The notes beneath the pieces are model-generated. The model made no database searches. It saw only the letters and a list, made by a program, of their open reading frames with translations, and had not been told where the DNA came from. A DNA stretch of 64,000 nucleotides from NCBI GenBank assembly GCA_030390025.1, contig CM059433.1, positions 17,858,001 to 17,922,000 on the forward strand, read 5' to 3'. Made by a program: the position numbers and the translations under genes. Positions 62,223-64,000 of the stretch are shown piece by piece (the stretch's first letter is position 1; each line of letters starts with the position of its first letter). The stretch is from Squalus acanthias. Taxonomy: Eukaryota.

Positions 62223-64000
62223 AATGCAGGGGGTAATATAGTAGCATGGATATAAGATAGAGGATTGGTTAACGGACAGAAACAGAGAGTAGGGATAAAC
62301 GGATCTTTTTCAGGTTCGCAGGCTGTAACTAGTGGGGTGCCGCAAGGATCAGTGTTGGGGCCTCAGCTATTTACAATCTATATTAATGACCTAGATGAAG
62401 GGTCATGTAATGTATCCAAGTTTGCTGATAATACAAAGCTAGGTGGGACAGTAAGCTGTGAGGAGAACACAAAGGGCTTGATTTTCCAAGCCCCGAGGAG
62501 GCGGGATTGGAGGCGTGTGAGGTGGTAAGATTGGAGAAATTGGGGGCGGGTGTCCGTCTCCGTGCCCTTTTGCCAGGAGGCGGGAAGATGTGCAGCTTCG
62601 GGTCCCGTCTCCTGGAGGCGGAAAAGGCTTTTAATCCTTTTAACTGCCTGTTAACAGGTAGTTAACAGGCAGAAAAAGAGATTAGTGCCATTTTGGCCGG
62701 GTTGGAGGAGACGTGAAGGAGGTCTGCGGCGGTCGGAGGCACCTGGAAGTAAGGTGTAGAGGTGAGTGATGGGTGCAAGTGTGGAGTGGTAAGTGTGCAA
62801 GGTGAGTGATAAGTTTAAAAAAGTGTTCACTTACCTTTTTTTACTTCTGTAGCCTTTAGCCACGCTGGATCGGGAGAGCGGACATCCACCTTGTCAATTT
62901 CAAGTAATGGCTGATGGACCCTCCGATCCATCAGACATCTGAAATTTACTTTTTCACAATGTTTTTTCAGTCCTCACCACAAAAACAAATCAAACTCAAG
63001 AGAATGTCAGTGTTTGACAGCTTCACAGAGCTGTCAAACGCTGTCATTTCTTCTTTCAAGAAGTCTTGACAGATAGCACGTCTGACATTGACGTGATCTG
63101 TCAGTAACTTCTTCCCTAATTGGCTTGCTGAGCCCGCTGGGCGGGCTTAACAAGCTCAATCAGGGGAAAATCCCTCTGAATGGTCAGGCGAGGATGGAGG
63201 CGGGACATTGACACGACAAGCAACAGTCCCGCCTCCAAGTCGCCTCCATTGACAAAATCCAGCCCAAAGAGTCTGTAAAGGGATATAGATAGACTAAGTG
63301 AGTGGGCAGTAAGGTGGCAGATGGAGTATAATGTAGGGAAATGTGAGGTTATTCACTTTGGTAGGAAGAATAGAAAAACAGAATATTTTTTAAATGGTGC
63401 AAAACTTTCAAATGTTGGTGTTCAGAGAGATTTGGGTGTCCTCGTGCAAGAAACACAGAAAGCTAGCATGCAGGTACAGCAAGCAATAAGGAAGGCAAAT
63501 GGCATGTTGGCCTTTATTGCAAGGGGATTGTAGTATAAGAGTAAGGAAGTCTTGCTACAATTGTACAGGGCCTTGGTGAGACCACACCTGGAGTACTGTG
63601 CACTGTTTTGGTCTCCTTATCTAAGGAAGGATATACTTGCCTTGGAGGCGGTGCAACGAAGGTTCATTAGATTGATTCCTGGGATGAGAGGGCTGTCCTA
63701 TGATGAGAGATTGTGTAGAATGGGCCTATACTCTCTGGAGTTTAGAAGAATGAGAGGTGATCTCATTGAAAGATACAAGATTCTGAAGGGGATTGACAGG
63801 GTAGATGCTGAGAGGTTGCTCCCCCTGGCTGGAGTGTCTAGAACTAGGGGGCATAGTCTCAAGATAAGGGGTAGGCCATTTAAGACCGAGATGAGGAGGA
63901 ATTTCTTCACTCAGAGGGTTGTGAACCTTTGGAATTCTATGCCCCAGAGAGCTGTGAATGCTAAGTCTTTGAGTATATTCAAGGCTGAGATAGATAGATT
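62223..64000 (+). mobile_element. CR1 LINE ORF2 RT fragment, interrupted; runs off the window end
   Basis: SGVPQGSVLGPQLFTIYINDL...SKFADNTKL; YNVGKCEVIHFG...RDLGVLV...KANGMLAFI. Confidence 0.93.
62474..63265. mobile_element. Harbinger MITE (copy O) inserted in a CR1 RT
   Basis: TIRs gggcttgatttt / aaaatccagccc, TSD AAA/AAA; colinear with copy N. Confidence 0.88.

Overview
Vertebrate genomic DNA, most likely a cartilaginous fish (inferred from the repeat repertoire). The only host coding sequence I can support is one large internal exon of DLGAP2/SAPAP2 (+, 32053-33122), so the rest of the window is probably DLGAP2 intron. The introns are packed with transposons. (1) PIF/Harbinger DNA transposons: five decayed two-gene copies (HARBI1-type DDE transposase convergent with a Myb/SANT gene, three exons where complete) and about a dozen TIR-bounded deletion derivatives or MITEs, several with 3-bp TSDs. 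(2) CR1 and L2-group LINE fragments. (3) Two tRNA-derived SINE families whose tails match LINEs present in the window. (4) Short Penelope-like termini carrying minimal type-I hammerhead ribozyme cores. Most notable: a 191-bp near-perfect palindrome encoding a hammerhead on each strand, a sister insertion starting at the predicted self-cleavage site, family-specific Harbinger subterminal motifs, and a multi-layer nested insertion. All calls were made by eye; boundaries without a TSD are approximate.
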